Assembly: GCA_047967505.1 (NCBI GenBank)
Contig: CM106538.1
Length of the DNA stretch: 64,000 nucleotides
DNA from: Dipteris shenzhenensis
Lineage: Eukaryota
Reading direction: 5' to 3' (one strand)
Shown: in pieces, positions 1 through 13,080 of the stretch
How the letters are laid out: each line of letters starts with the position of its first letter
Position numbering within the stretch: the stretch's first letter is position 1
Position numbers and translations under genes: made by a program
Notes under the pieces: model-generated
Database searches by the model: none
What the model was told of the DNA's origin: nothing
The model's input: the letters and a program-made list of their open reading frames with translations, nothing else

Positions 1-20
1 TAGTGGAGTTCAATATATGA

Positions 21-246
21 CACGTTTCATTGAAACCATAGAAAGATGTTCCACATTTTGAAGCATTTCAAGGTCAATGAAACATGACGTACTTTACTAC
101 CATGTTTATAACACAACACATAGTGTAGTCCAATAACATGGCAGCACAGTCACAATGAAACACGTTTCATTGAAAAACATAGAAAGTTGTTGCACATTTT
201 GAAACGTTTCATGGTCAATGAAACATGATGTACTTTACTACCATGT
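21..246. repeat. Two diverged direct copies of an ~85-bp unit, period 140 bp
   Basis: CACGTTTCATTGAAA...GGTCAATGAAACATGA(C/T)GTACTTTACTACCATGT at 21-105 and 161-246. Confidence 0.75.
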
Positions 247-1868
247 GGATAACTAGATTGGCAAGACCTCTTTTTTGCACTCTTTTGTAAGTCACATACT
301 AATTCTAGAATCTAAATTGTGAGATTTAAAAGCATTGTGGACTATGTATGAGGCAGAAGGCAGGGCTAATGACTTAGAGTACATACTTGGTCATTTTAGG
401 CATTATCGAAAGCCATTTAATGGATTTTAAGCTTATTTTGCATTGTTTCAACATACCATATATATATTTTTTACACTTTTTGGACCCAAAAACACAGAGT
501 CGAAATTTTAAACTCCCGCTGTTTTTAAAAAAGGTTTTGAAATGTTTGACGCTTCAATGTTTGGAAACATTTTACGATATGACTTTGCATGACAATCATG
601 CACAAGGTTGAAAACCGTAAGCTCCATCATGCATAGCAGGAACTAGCTACTATGACATCCCCACCAATGTCATCAGTGCCCAATAGTATGTGTAGACAAC
701 AGTTCTACGAAAACCCATGGTATTCATGAAAATAGAACTTACATCCTCATAAGGTGCAGCTGCTAACCCAAAGACAACTCCCAGAATTCCCTTCTTGGCA
801 AGCTACACTGGCAAGAGCTAGCATAGGTTACAATAACTAGAGGTGGCAGTCCATAGCTAGCATTTGGACCCCAGATATAGTTGTAAGACAACAAGATGAG
901 CTAAGCCATCTAACTTAGTGATTGGACAAGGCATCCTAAGTCCCGTGATACATGCTAGTTGGCAGGTGTATTTTCCACTATTGCCAAGAGTTCTAGGCTA
1001 TAACTCCATGTCAATGGGCAATAGAGAGGATGATATAGAGTAGAGCTGTGTACAGGCCTAACGGCATCCAGCCCTCTAGATAGCTTGTGATGCTTTGGAA
1101 CACTATGGGATTGACTAGGAATTAACCCTGTTGCCACACTCACTCCCAAGCATGGGGATGAGCTCTACACAGCCTTGTACTTATAACTTATTTTTTGTGA
1201 TCTAGTTGTTGGATTTTGAAAAAGTATTGAGTAAGTATGAGCTAAGATAGCTTTGTGAATCGATAATCCTATTAAAAAGTGTCTGGCAAGAATAAGAACC
1301 AATCATCAAGCCCACCATTTGATGAATGATCACCCCAATTCACTCACAAAACGTGGGGATTTGTTAAGGACGATGAAGGAACAGACTCAATGGAAAATAA
1401 TTAAAATCACTAATCATACAAATTGAAGAAAAGTTTTCATATTAACTGAAGCATCACAAACTCATAAGATCAATGTAAGGGGAGCTGAGAAAGCTGCTGA
1501 CATTCTTACATGATGAATTGTTTAAGAAGTGCGTGTATACACGCACAAACACCAAGAAATAAAAACACACACACATAAGGTTGAAGGTATTGATGGACCC
1601 AATTGGAAACAATATGTCAAAGATTGGGAGCCATCTAGAGTCTACAGAGTACTTTGATAGACTTAAGATTCACATCTTAGTGATGTTCACTTTCACATCG
1701 CAGATGCAAATTCAAAGTTCTTGGAAGGATTTGTAGTGGTGGAAATCTATGTGAAGCAGCTACAAGGATCTCATTGTACATGTTAAACGATTTGAGGTTG
1801 GAAATTCTGACGAATACAGGATGGGATGAAATACATATTGGATGCTCAATGTTGTTCCTAGTTTCGGT

Positions 1869-1899
<31 letters not shown>

Positions 1900-1992
1900 G
1901 GTACCAAGGTTGTGCTTCCAATGGTCTCATGCGCATGCGTGCGTGTGTGTATATAGATAGTTGTATGTATATATGTACACACACACACACAC

Positions 1993-2100
1993 TTTTTTTT
2001 TTGGTGAAACCAGTAACTATATTATTAACATGAGATCAATGTACATGACATTAGACTCCAAAAGAGAGCCTAATGGAAGAACTCAAAAACAGTCAGAAAA
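1993..2100 (-). mobile_element. Extremely 5'-truncated LINE (last ORF2 codons, 3' UTR and poly(A)) within (CA)n
   Basis: Minus strand reads TCTGACTGTTTTTGA (..DCF*), similar to the ..YCF* end of the adjacent LINE, then AATATAGTTACTGGTTTCACC-A10-(GT)n. Flanked by (CA)n on both sides. Confidence 0.75.
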
Positions 2101-2263
2101 CACACACACACACATGTATGCATGAGATCAATGTATACATACATGTGTGTGTGTGTGTTCCTTCTTTCACACACATTTTTTTTTTGTAAAACCAAGATAC
2201 TTATATTATAAAACATTCATTTACATCCAGGCCGTGCTCAAAAGAGAGCTACAGCCCTATCCA

Positions 2264-5200
2264 TCAGAAACAGTAAAAGAAAAGTTGAATACAAGAAACA
2301 TCCAAATCTTCCTCATGTAAGGCATCATATAAAGACTGCCTTAATGAGGCTCTGAAAAACTCATAAGGATGCTGAAGAGGAGAATTCATATGCTTGGATG
2401 CGCTGCAGCCAGAGGGTCCATAAGGCCCAGTATCTGATCCAGTGGAAGAAGAGAGAATACTGTGACAAAGAAGCTGATAGTGTGCCATACATCCAGAAAA
2501 ACCTGTAGAACCTGTGTGCTGGAAATCTGAGAGATAAAAAATAGGAGATTCTATCTAGAAGGTCTCTGGAATATGAACAAAACCACAATAAATGCGGAAT
2601 ACTCTCCGATGCAAGGTGACATCTTGGACAGAGAGGTGAAGCTATTCGTCGTTTAGCCAATTTCACTCCCACTGGGAGAATACCAACAATACATCTCCAT
2701 AGGAATAGTCTTTGCTTCAATGGCATTTTCAACTTCCATATCATTTGCAATCTTCCTTTCCACCAGGCTAATGATTTGTTCAGATGCCATAAAGAATTAG
2801 CATGATGGGCAATCCAAGGAGGAGGTAATATTAATCTATAAGCCTGTATAGATGTCAATGACTGCAAAGGCTTAGAAGAAATGCTTGAACTCGAAGACTG
2901 AAGGTGCCAATCTTGAAGCCTGTCACTGCCATTCAATGTCGGAATCGGAACCAGAGGAAGTAGGAGATCAGCAATAGCTTTCCAAATAGGTCTATGATGC
3001 ATAGCCAGGTTGTATTGTCTACATGCTGCTGGAAAAAGGAGAATATTTCCTTGCATATCTACAACGTCATCAATGAACCGGATACCCATTTTCATAAGAT
3101 TGTAAGCTCTGATGGGTTGTTGAACAGCAAGGGGAGAGGAAAACACAGCACTCCAATGAATACTCTCCAATCTGAGTGATGATGCTAGAGAAGCAGGATG
3201 AGGAGACCATTTGATGTGAGAGAGTACTTGCTTCCAATCCTGAATCAAGGAATTAGAAAATGGACAACCAGGGATTTTACCTTGAAATTTTCCAAGTACT
3301 ACTTCCGATGGATCTACTATCCAATGTCCATAAGCATGTGTGCGCATCTGACCACACAAAATTGCTAGCATAATAGACCAAGGCTGCTCTTGTTGAAAGA
3401 ATGTTTTGAGCATAGTAATCTTTCTTGCCAACACATGATATTTGATGTTTATTATATTCAAACCACCATGCATTCTGGGTGAGCAAAGCAAGTCCATTTT
3501 GAGCAACCGTAAAGCTTTTTTATGAAGCTTGGTTTTCCAAAAAATCTCCATGGCTTGAGACATAAAAGATGAGAGATCTCGAGATGACCAATGTAATAGA
3601 GGAAGGTAGAACTGGACATAAGCTAGAACAATAGACTGGACAATTCGAAGCCGTACATGCAGAGGCCATGTGGAAATCTTCCAATATTGTAATTTGTCCT
3701 GAATTTGTTGAACACCCACAACATTTGTTGCTTATTACTGATTTTCCAGCCAATAGGATAACCCAAATGTCTTACTATATTTTCCGGTTGAATAATCTCG
3801 CCTGGCCACAGAATAGCATGCCAATCACAAAGCTTGAGAGGCAAGAGTTTTGATTTCTGAAAATTAATTTTAAGACCAGCTGCCAACCCAAAATCTGAAA
3901 GGGTATCCATCAAGAGGCGAATCTCCAATGGACTGTTCTTTAGCATGAAGAATGAATCATCTGCATAGGCCTGCGCTATGAAGGGTCGTGAACCAGAAAT
4001 CTGAAGCCCCTCTAGCTGTCCAGTATCAACCATGTGATCCATATAAAGAAGCAAAGGATGTGAAGCGATGGCATAAAGCAAGGCACTGAGAGGACATCCT
4101 TGTCGAACCGAACGTTCGAGAGTCCAAGACTCAGACAAATGTTTCCCTATAAAGCATTGTGCAGTAGAATTTGAATAAAGCCAATATATGACATTAGATA
4201 GCTTTGGCCCAAAACCAAGTTTTTGCATGATTTGAGAGACATAATCCCACTGTACTGTATCAAACGCCTTCGCCACATCCACCTGCATGACCAACACATC
4301 TTGATTTGAATATTTAGCATATTCCATTGCGATAAGAGTGTTAGTGATATTGTCATGTATGTGCCGTCTTGGAACAAAACCATATTGCCTGGGATGAAGT
4401 CCATCATGAAGGATATCCTTTATCCGATGTACCAACATTTTGGCAATCAGTTTGTATATCACCGGCATCAAAGTAATTGGTCTCCAGTCATCCATAGTCT
4501 CACAAAGAATCTTTTTGGGCACAAGCCTAACCAAACCATGCTTCCAAGCTGAGGGAAGATGTTGGTGCTGCCATGCTGCATTAATAAACTGCAGAATTGG
4601 ACCCTTTATTTCTGGCCAAAAGGCTTCGAAAAATTCAACCGTCAGACCATCCCAGCCAGGGGATTTATGTTTACCCAAATGCTTAAGGGCTTCATCCAAT
4701 TCATCATCTGAAAAAGACATTTCCAGCATTGAGGCTTTTTGCGGGGAGACAATGGGAGAAACAAGCTCAGTAAATCTGTTACGAGCCAATGCGACCTGAG
4801 GTGCAGAAGAGGATGGCTGAGAATAAAGAAACTGAAAATGATCCAGACATTGTTTTTCAAGCTGAGAGAGAGACTGGGTCCAGAGACCATCTGATTTCCT
4901 TACCCTCATGATAGATTGGCTTTGTCTGTGTGCATGTAAGTTCCGGAAAAAAGATTTAGGGGAACAGCCCTTATCTAGCATAGGTTTAACTCTGGCCCTA
5001 ATCTGCCATTTAGACAGCTTGCGTTTGTCATTGGCATCAATTATAGAGGAAGCACAAGACAATAAATGCTGCTCAGAATCAGATAGAGATCTTTGATGAC
5101 TAATCTGTACAAGATACTGCTTGTATGATTTTGCCCACTGGATATGCTGTCTGGTTTCTGCCAAGTACCATCTTCCATATTCCTTGATGACATTTTGAAT

Positions 5201-6079
5201 ACGATGTATGAAAGAGATCCAAGCAAATTCCAGATCCTCCTGGGCATGGGATAGCAATGGCCTGCAAGCCAGTCTGATCATATGCTGAAATTTTTCATGA
5301 GAAAGATAGAATTGATTAACCTGTAAATTTCTGACTGAAGAGAGCTGCAAGTCATCCAGAGGCATACCAAAAGAAAGGGTGAGCTAAAGTGGAGTGTGAT
5401 CAGATAATTGTTGTGAATAATCAGTCCACATCTGACATGTATATTCATCATATTGCTGAGCATGAATGAGATAAAATCTATCAAGCCTGGCCCAATAATC
5501 TGTGAGAGCATTATGGTGATATGTAAATCCCATCACTGAAGGATGAGTTGCTGTCCATAAATCTGCAAATCGAAGTGATGAAGTCATGTGTTCCCATTGC
5601 TGGATTTCAGAGGGCAGCATATGTGATTTATGCGTGGTATTGTCCTTCCAGTGAGGAGAATTGTTAAAATCGCCACAAAGTAGAGCATTAGAGGACCAGG
5701 GATATTGCTTTATGGAGTTCCACATTTGAGCTCTGGAAGCTGAATTTTGAGAGGCATACAAAGATCCTATTTCAAAAATCTCTCCATTGATCATGCATTG
5801 GATAATCATCCATCGTCCACCTAGATCATTATATGCTATCAAGGGTTGTAGATCATGTCTGGCTAAAATGCACAGCCTAGAGAATTGTTCCAATCCTGAA
5901 TAGAATATATCATATCCTGAAAAAAACCCATGCTGTCCAGCAAAAAAATGCTGATTATGCTCTTGGAGACATACAACATCCGGATGAGTTGTATTTATAT
6001 AATGCCAGAGAAGCCTCCATTTATTCTGGTTGCAGAGGCCCTGTATATTATAGGAAAAATATTTAAGAGAAGCACGCAT
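2264..6079 (-). pseudogene. LINE-A ORF2 (APE endonuclease, reverse transcriptase, zf-RVT), disrupted
   Basis: Motifs SYNIQG, CLQE, CGDFN, RLDRF, SDH, KSPGWDG, WRPITL, RQGCPLS, YADD and CPRC..ESIPHLLWFC. In-frame TAG at 5384-5386 and frameshifts near 3720 and 2400. Ends FFYCF* at 2264. Confidence 0.92.
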
Positions 6080-6127
6080 GAAAATATATACAAGAGAATG
6101 ATCGGTCCTCCAAAAGAGCGGGAGGCC

Positions 6128-7332
6128 TCAAGCCTTTGCCATTGCCACAGGGTCTTGCTGACCCTCAGCTTCCAATTCCCTGATAATATCATCTTCTTCA
6201 CAAAGGGGAAGACCCTTCTTGACTGCATTGACCAAGCCTTTGAGATGGGGCTGCTTGAAGAGGTAGAAGATTGTCCTGGAGAAGGAACAGAGGCATCCCA
6301 ATTACGAGATTGGAGAGGTCTTTGTTTGAGAGGGACCATCTTCTTTGCAGTCTGCCATCCCTCATGAGAAGATGGAATGTTTTCTCCTAACTTGCTTTTG
6401 CCTTTATCCTTATTTTGAGCTGAATTGGCCTGGCTCCCTGTATGAACTAAAGGCTTTGCTCCTTTAGCTTCAATCTTTTCCACATATGTCTTCTGACCTC
6501 CTTTATTAGATGGCAGAGGAATAGCAGCTGGAGGAGGTGGATGAAGGATAGAAGGACACTCCGAAGCAAGATGCCCAAATTTGTGACAAGAAAAACAAGC
6601 TCCAGCAAAAATGCCCCATTTTAAGGTGAAATATTTCTTGCCCAAATTAACACCCTCAATCTCAACTGCAATAGAAGAAGGGGTCGGTCTATCAGTATCC
6701 CATAATATGCAAAAACGATTTTTATTACCTGTTGGACGAGGGGGACAGATCACTTGTCCCAATGTCATAGCTAAACCTGGAAGCTCTGTTCTCATATAAT
6801 CTGGAAAATCAACCACTTCAACCCATACAGGGCAATGATGCTTGATGAGGTTCTGATAGTCCTTATTGGGGGACCAGGGCATGATATGCACCATCTGGCG
6901 ACCAAAAAATAAAGGGGACATTTCCAGCATCTTTTGTTTTGTCAAAGCATCCAAAAGATGAACTTCATAAAATCCTCGGGAGGCAAAATAGACTCCTTCT
7001 ACAAAGCATCCACCTAGGAGAGAATTCACCCATTGTCCCACATCATTAGCAGAGGGAATTTTGCCTGGGAAAAAGATGATAACTGCAGTTTGAGAAAGCT
7101 TCTTCAAAGGTTGCACAAGAGATGGCAGCTTCATTTTGTAAGTGAGTTCCGGAGCAGGTTGAATCCATTCCCTTCTGCTTTGTTGAAAATCATCATTCAG
7201 CATATCAAACACATAGGAAGCATCTTCAGAAGAAGGAGCTATGGGGGAAGAGGCTTCCCTTAATTGTCTTTTGGGTTCAGGAGAGAGGGCTCTCTTGACA
7301 TAGTACTTGTTTACTTCTACCATGGAGGCCAA
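6128..7332 (-). pseudogene. LINE-A ORF1 (plant L1 ORF1-like, CCHC zinc knuckle), frameshifted near the C-terminus
   Basis: PVWVEVVDFP motif and CFSCHKFGHLASEC knuckle. The alternative frame KKGLPLCEED..VAMAKA* (stop 6128-6130) matches the ORF1 end of LINE-B (KKGIPIL..MAMT*). Confidence 0.85.
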
Positions 7333-7393
7333 GGGATTGAACAGATATCAAACAGGGAGAATCGGACAGGGCACAAAGAAAGGCTGGCAGGAA

Positions 7394-7715
7394 GTACGGA
7401 TGCTGGGATGAAGCACTGTACGGACACAACAAAGAAACTGACAGAAACTGTACGGACAGATTAAGAGATTGCAAGAAGGACCGACAGGCTGTACGGGATC
7501 ACTGACAGGCTGTACGGGACAACAGACAGTCTGTACGGAAGAGTTAACGACTGTACGGATTGATTAAACGGGAAAAAGACGGACGGACTGTATGGGCTTT
7601 AGGAAGGAAAACTGCAGGTAAGAACTGACGTGCAGGGTTGAAAGGATCGGCGATGATACGGTAATCTGACGCAGAATCCGTACGGGAACCGTACGACGGC
7701 CGTACGATGGTACGG
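7394..7715 (-). promoter_or_regulatory. Cluster of 11 GTACG cores (mostly CCGTAC on the element sense strand) in the LINE-A 5' UTR
   Basis: GTACG at 7394, 7418, 7450, 7491, 7512, 7533, 7553, 7680, 7691, 7702 and 7710. The regulatory role is inferred. Confidence 0.5.
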
Positions 7716-7770
7716 ACAAAAAGATGGGCGCCAAACAACGACGGGCGACGCTGACCAGCAATCACGATCG

Positions 7771-7863
7771 ACGCTCACCGTCACAGACCGGCAGCCAACT
7801 CTCGTCGAGGCTCACACCACGCTCACCGTCACACACCGGCAGCCAACTCTCGTCGAGGCTCAC
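7771..7863. repeat. 48-bp tandem duplication in the LINE-A 5' UTR
   Basis: ACGCTCACCGTCACA(G/C)ACCGGCAGCCAACTCTCGTCGAGGCTCAC starts at 7771 and 7819. Confidence 0.9.
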
Positions 7864-8599
7864 CCTGTCACCACACACACACGTGATCGACGCACACACA
7901 CACACCACACAGCTCCGTCGATCACACCCTCCACACACACACACCTACTCCTTCTTTCACACACACACACACATGTATGTATACATACATACATAGTCAT
8001 CTATCAACTCAAGGATGGCTTAAGAATCTATAAAGTGTACATGATGGTGACTCTATGGATGGACTTGACAATGATACCTAAGCATCTGAAGATACGTCTT
8101 TAGGTTAGCTCGAGCTGATCATGAAACATGCAAAGCCATGCCTAAACGTGCAAGACTTGTGGATGATTGGACTTGAATTCGAGGACGCCGTCAATTTTCC
8201 TTGCTACAAGAGTAAGCCCACAATGGGTCATCGGGAGGGGGTCTTCAGATAGATGCTCGATAATTTCAAGCCAATCGTCACTCAATGCATTTCAGTTTTG
8301 TTTGATTAAATTTCAATGTTTTCATAGGATAATTACCCCGGATGGACATTTCTCACCTTGAATAGGTCATATGTAGCAAGTTTTATACGTGAGGAGATTC
8401 AAGCATTATTCTAGGTCATATCTCTTTATCCATGACTTCAAAGATCTCTTGGCAATGATCATGATTATAAGCAACTCTTCTCCAACAATGTTCATGATGT
8501 AGATTTCTACTTTGAGCTGACGGCAATGATATCTAGTTATATACGTGTGTGTTAGCAATAGTTTGATGCACATGGTCAAGTCATAGCACAGAGTGATAT

Positions 8600-8930
8600 G
8601 TCAAGCTGTGACCTTATGTATTGAGCTAGGTGTGTCACTGTGTATCTTAGTGATAGGGTCCATAGGCATGAGCTCGATCTTAATACAATACTACTCTACT
8701 TTTTTTGGGTCATGTGTATTGAATTTGGTGTGTCACATTGTCAAGCTATGAGCTTATGTATTGAGCTAGGTATATCACCTTTGTATCTTAGTAACAGGGC
8801 ACGTAGGCATGATGCAATACTAGTCTACTTTTTTTGGGCTATATATATTGAATTTGGTGTGTCGCTTTGTTTCTACGCAATAGGGCCCGTAGTCATAAAC
8901 TTGACCTTGATACAATACTAGTCTCTAGTT
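8600..8930. repeat. Diverged ~140-bp tandem repeat (2 copies plus a partial copy)
   Basis: GTCAAGCT..TTATGTATTGAGCTAGGT...ATTGAATTTGGTGTGTC repeated at ~8600 and ~8740. Confidence 0.7.
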
Positions 8931-11047
8931 TTTTGTTAGTCTTTGTATTGCTCAAATTGGTCAATTGTCTTTCGGAGTATTTGATTGAGTTCTTTGTATG
9001 TTGACCTCAAATTTTCAACACATTGCATTTACTTTATTGTTTGGCAAGTATGGTGTATGACAATTGAAAGCCACACGTGTTAGTATGCTCATCCATGCAT
9101 TATGGATGATGAATTCAAGTAAAATAAATTTATGGGAATCATGCCGTGCATATTGTTATGGAGCAGAAACATTTGACAATTTTAACAGTTAATTCAGATG
9201 ATGATCATAGTGATCATCGAATACGTTTTCTACATATCTTCAATAGTATTTTCATATGCTCTAGCACATCGCACAATTTTTGACTTGTCGATATGATTTT
9301 ATAGTTCTTTGGTAGTGCTTTGTTCTCCGTGCTTGGAGAAACTACATGGTCTAAATGCTCAGCCTTGTGTAGGTGACCACATAAAATTTTGAGTTTGAGG
9401 GCTTGCGCTACTTACGTAGCTCATGGTAATTTGTGGACGTGGCTCTGTGTGAGCAATAATTAGCATATGATAGTTTGCTGTGGACATCTCCTATGTGGTG
9501 GATCTGCCTATACTCGTGCGGAAATTTTTTGTTTGCACCACTCGAGTTTGCAGGTTTGTGACCACCTCGTTCATCAAACACTCAAGTAGGGTCTTAAGGG
9601 CACGTATCATCTGCTTGATGTTTTCTCTATGCTTTTTACCTACTCTGTTCAAGACGGGGATTGTTGGTTATTAGCATATTGTAAACCTCTTATGGAGGCT
9701 GTGCTTTTGTTTGGTTGGGTGGCCATGCATAAGGCGCTTACCGTGGATTCAGCATATTTCACCTTGGATTGGTCATATCCAGCACGCTTGGGATACGTCA
9801 GGGATTCATGCTTTATCCCAGGGCTCACACTTGCCCATGTATTCCTCTGTGACTGCAGCAATCTTCTGGCAATGATTGTGATAATGGGCGGCATGTGGAT
9901 TTCATCTTTCAGCTGATGGCATCGATATCTAGCTATATAAGTGTGGTGTGTCAAAGATAGTCAATGGCAAACACTCCATGCTGCCCGTCTATCACGATTC
10001 AGACCAGCCTGCCATCTCGCCACTTTTGCCTATGAACAGCGGCCTTTTTGCTGCCTTTCCAATCACGCTCAGACAGGCCAAGCCCTGCCCTCAGATTGTA
10101 CGCAGCACATAATGCAATTTCAATGCAGGAGATAGGGCCAGGTTCCACGCAATCTGCCCTCTTCTGCAAATCGCCTCTGCCATGCCTCAATCAGCCTTGA
10201 AAGTCTCGCCATGAGCCTCTTTTTGGTTCACCATTCAACGTGGACTTGCACAGACAATCGATGGACTTCCGGACAAGAGATTTTCAGGCCTTGCTATGCA
10301 ACTAATTGGCAAAACTGATCTATGCCAGGTGGATTCTTTCCATTCTCTTTTTCTTTCATATTGATATTTGCTGCTCATTATCAAATTACAGCCAATGAAA
10401 GCCCTTCCTTTAAAACATGGAAACCCCTGGTAATGCCCCAGTACCTTCAAGGTCACCACAGGCATCACCTATCACTCAATATTGTGTTCAGATTGCACAA
10501 CCAGTCCACTTTGGAGCCTTTACATCATGGGTCTCTTGTGTCACGTGCCCTTCCAGTGATTTAGACCACATCCTATATCTTCTGCGCGAGGCACCTCAAC
10601 TACACTACTTCCTTAGCGCAGTCCAAGTTGTGTTTCACGAGACACGAAGATACCCAGAACCCGATATTCCACACAAGTTCGCTGTCCATCTTTGGAGAGA
10701 CTTTTACCCCTTAGCTTCAGCATCTCCAAGGTACTCTCCACCTCCTTCAGCTCCCAGATATCCTCCTGAACAGGTTTCACCTTCTCCAAGACAGTATTTA
10801 CACTCTGAAGGCACTCCTTCTCCTCAATATCCTCCTCTTCCGACAGCAACTCCTTGCCCTTTCTCAAATCCGTGGACTCTGCAACCAACTCCTATGCTCT
10901 CACAAGTAGTAACACCCATTTCGGCATCACCAGTGTTACCTCCTTCAAGACCTCCTTTGCCAGATTTCCACGGGTGGTTCCATCCTACCTCGCCTACCAC
11001 ATCCAACATGAGCAATCTCAGGGAGCAGCCCAAATCTTCCTCCACGA

Positions 11048-12800
11048 ATGGTACAAACTAGAGCGCAATCTCGTGCTCTTCTCACAAGGACCTCAGACAT
11101 GTCGAACCACTCGTGTCCAACCTCCCCGGAGATAAGCGACTCTAGTTCAAAAAAGATCCCTGAAGTGAATATACATGGTGAAGCATTACTTCAACTTCAG
11201 ATTTCTCAACTTCAAGACAGTATTTCTGATTTGGTCCAGAAAGTTCAACAACTCCAAGATTCTCGTAGTACCACACATACAGAGGATGACGTGATGCCAC
11301 CTAACGACTATGTGGACCCGATTCCACCAGAGGTATAAAACATTGAACTTTGTGCCCTCTGCTACTTACTTTAAGCTTCCAAAACTAAAAGACTTGACAT
11401 AAAACTACCGGAAGCCTACACTGGTCAATGGAATCGCCAAACAGTTGACCAGTGGCTCGCCAAAATGTGCATGTACTTTGAAACTATCAAACTCACTAAA
11501 GGCAAGAAGATTGCCTTGGCATCCTCCCTCCTCAAGGATACAGCTTTTCTTTGGTGGCAACGACACTTAAAGGACGGCAAAAGTGTGTTAACCTGGGAAC
11601 GTTTTGAACATGTGCTCTGTAAGCAGTTCATACCTGCCAATGTGGACTTCCAAGCACGTTCAAGACTTTGACAGTTGGAGCAAACGGGCTCCCTATCTTC
11701 CTACATCTCCCAGTTCACCACATTGGTGTTGGAGATCGATGGTTTGACTGATGATGATTGCCTCCATGGTTTTATCTCAGGCCTAAATCCCTTGTTACGC
11801 ATTGATGTCCTCAAAGCAAACATCACCACCACAACTGACGCTATTGCTTACGCAGAGCGCATTACAGATTTCCAAAACACACGAAAGCAGGGTTCTAACA
11901 AATCGCAGAACTCTACATCAGCCAAGGGTGCTCGCCCTCAGGATAACTCAAAGTTCAGAAAAAATTCAGATGATCAAGGTCCTCGACAGTCTCAAGATCC
12001 CAACAAGTCTCAGAAATCGTAAGCTGGATCCCAACAGAAGCACTCCTCTAAGGATCGTGCCTCTTCCTCTTCACAAAGCAATGATTGTCATCATCAACAC
12101 AAAGGTGCCGCCTCTGACAAGAAGAACAGCTCTAGCACAAAAGGACTTTGTACCATCTGCACTGGTGACCACAGATGGTTTGATTGTCCAAAGCGACCCA
12201 AGCAAAATTCAAATATGGAACCTAGCACTTCCCAGACAGAAGATGCTGCTCCTGCACAAGACAAGAAAGGTAAAGCTGTTCAAATGGCAAATACCATCCA
12301 CATGAGCCTTGCCAGCAACCTTGAACCTTCCTTGGTCACTCAAGTACTTTGCATCCAAGGACACCGATCACTATCCTCATAGACAATGGCTGCTCTCATA
12401 ATTTCCTAGCTAGTTCTATGGTTGAAAGACTTCGGTTGACCACCAGTCCTAGCTCCATGGACTATCAGCTCGAACTCGCTAATGGAACTACCTTCTTCTG
12501 CAACACCAATGTCAAAAACCTGTCCTTTCGCATCCAACATTATACGAACAAGTTGAATTTTGACATCATGCCTCTTTCCTAATATGATGTCATCCTTGGA
12601 CAACAGTGACTCTACGACTATGACCCATCAATCAGTTTTCGCAACCATACTATCCAGTTTGTCCACCAGGGAAAACTTATCGAGCTAACTAGTTCTAGGG
12701 ACTCTCCTTCAACTCCAGCTGCCTCCGTCTTACAAGTAAAGAAGTGGATTCGTAAACGTCAAGTAAAGACTGCACTTCTCTTGGGCAGTTGAGGAGACAC
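11048..12800 (+). pseudogene. Gypsy gag and aspartic protease, with stops and frameshifts
   Basis: Gag-like AFLWWQ..TWERF..QTGSLSSYISQF, knuckle CTICTGDHRWFDC and protease ILIDNGCSHNF. Confidence 0.8.
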
Positions 12801-13080
12801 TGTGACGCCAAAATTTGATATTTTTTATTTGGCATTGGTATTGTTTTCTTCTATGTTTGATAAGAGTTTGAGTATCAAGTGATAGCCTAGCGGCTCTCAC
12901 TTATTTACAAGTAAAGAAGTGGGTTCGTAAACGTCAAGTAAAGACTGCACTTCTGTTGGGCAGTTTAGGAGACACTGTGACGCCAAAAGTTGATATTTTT
13001 TATTTGGCATTGGTATTGTTTTCTTCTATGTTTGATAAGAGTTTGACTATCAAGTGATAGCCTAGCGGCTCTCACTTATT
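12731..13080. repeat. 175-bp tandem duplication spanning the gypsy/insert junction
   Basis: Copies at 12731-12905 and 12906-13080 with about 5 substitutions. Confidence 0.92.

Larger units (their letters stand above)
2176..7948 (-). mobile_element. Full-length L1-type LINE (LINE-A), ~5.8 kb, with 17-bp TSD
   Basis: A10 tail (T run 2176-2185), ORF1 and ORF2. TSD TCCTTCTTTCACACACA at 2159-2175 and 7949-7965. Confidence 0.93.

Noticed and set aside
1867-1901. (GT)n followed by a long G run as a functional G-quadruplex
   Set aside because: It is a simple homopolymer next to a microsatellite, its length is unreliable, and there is no supporting context.
5384-5386. Programmed read-through or separate EN and RT genes
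   Set aside because: LINE-B has TGG at the equivalent position (HAPLWL), so this is a simple nonsense mutation.
5995-6127. ORF1 overlapping ORF2 as in the ORF track (445 aa)
   Set aside because: Comparison with LINE-B indicates a frameshift, and the ancestral ORF1 stop is at 6128-6130.
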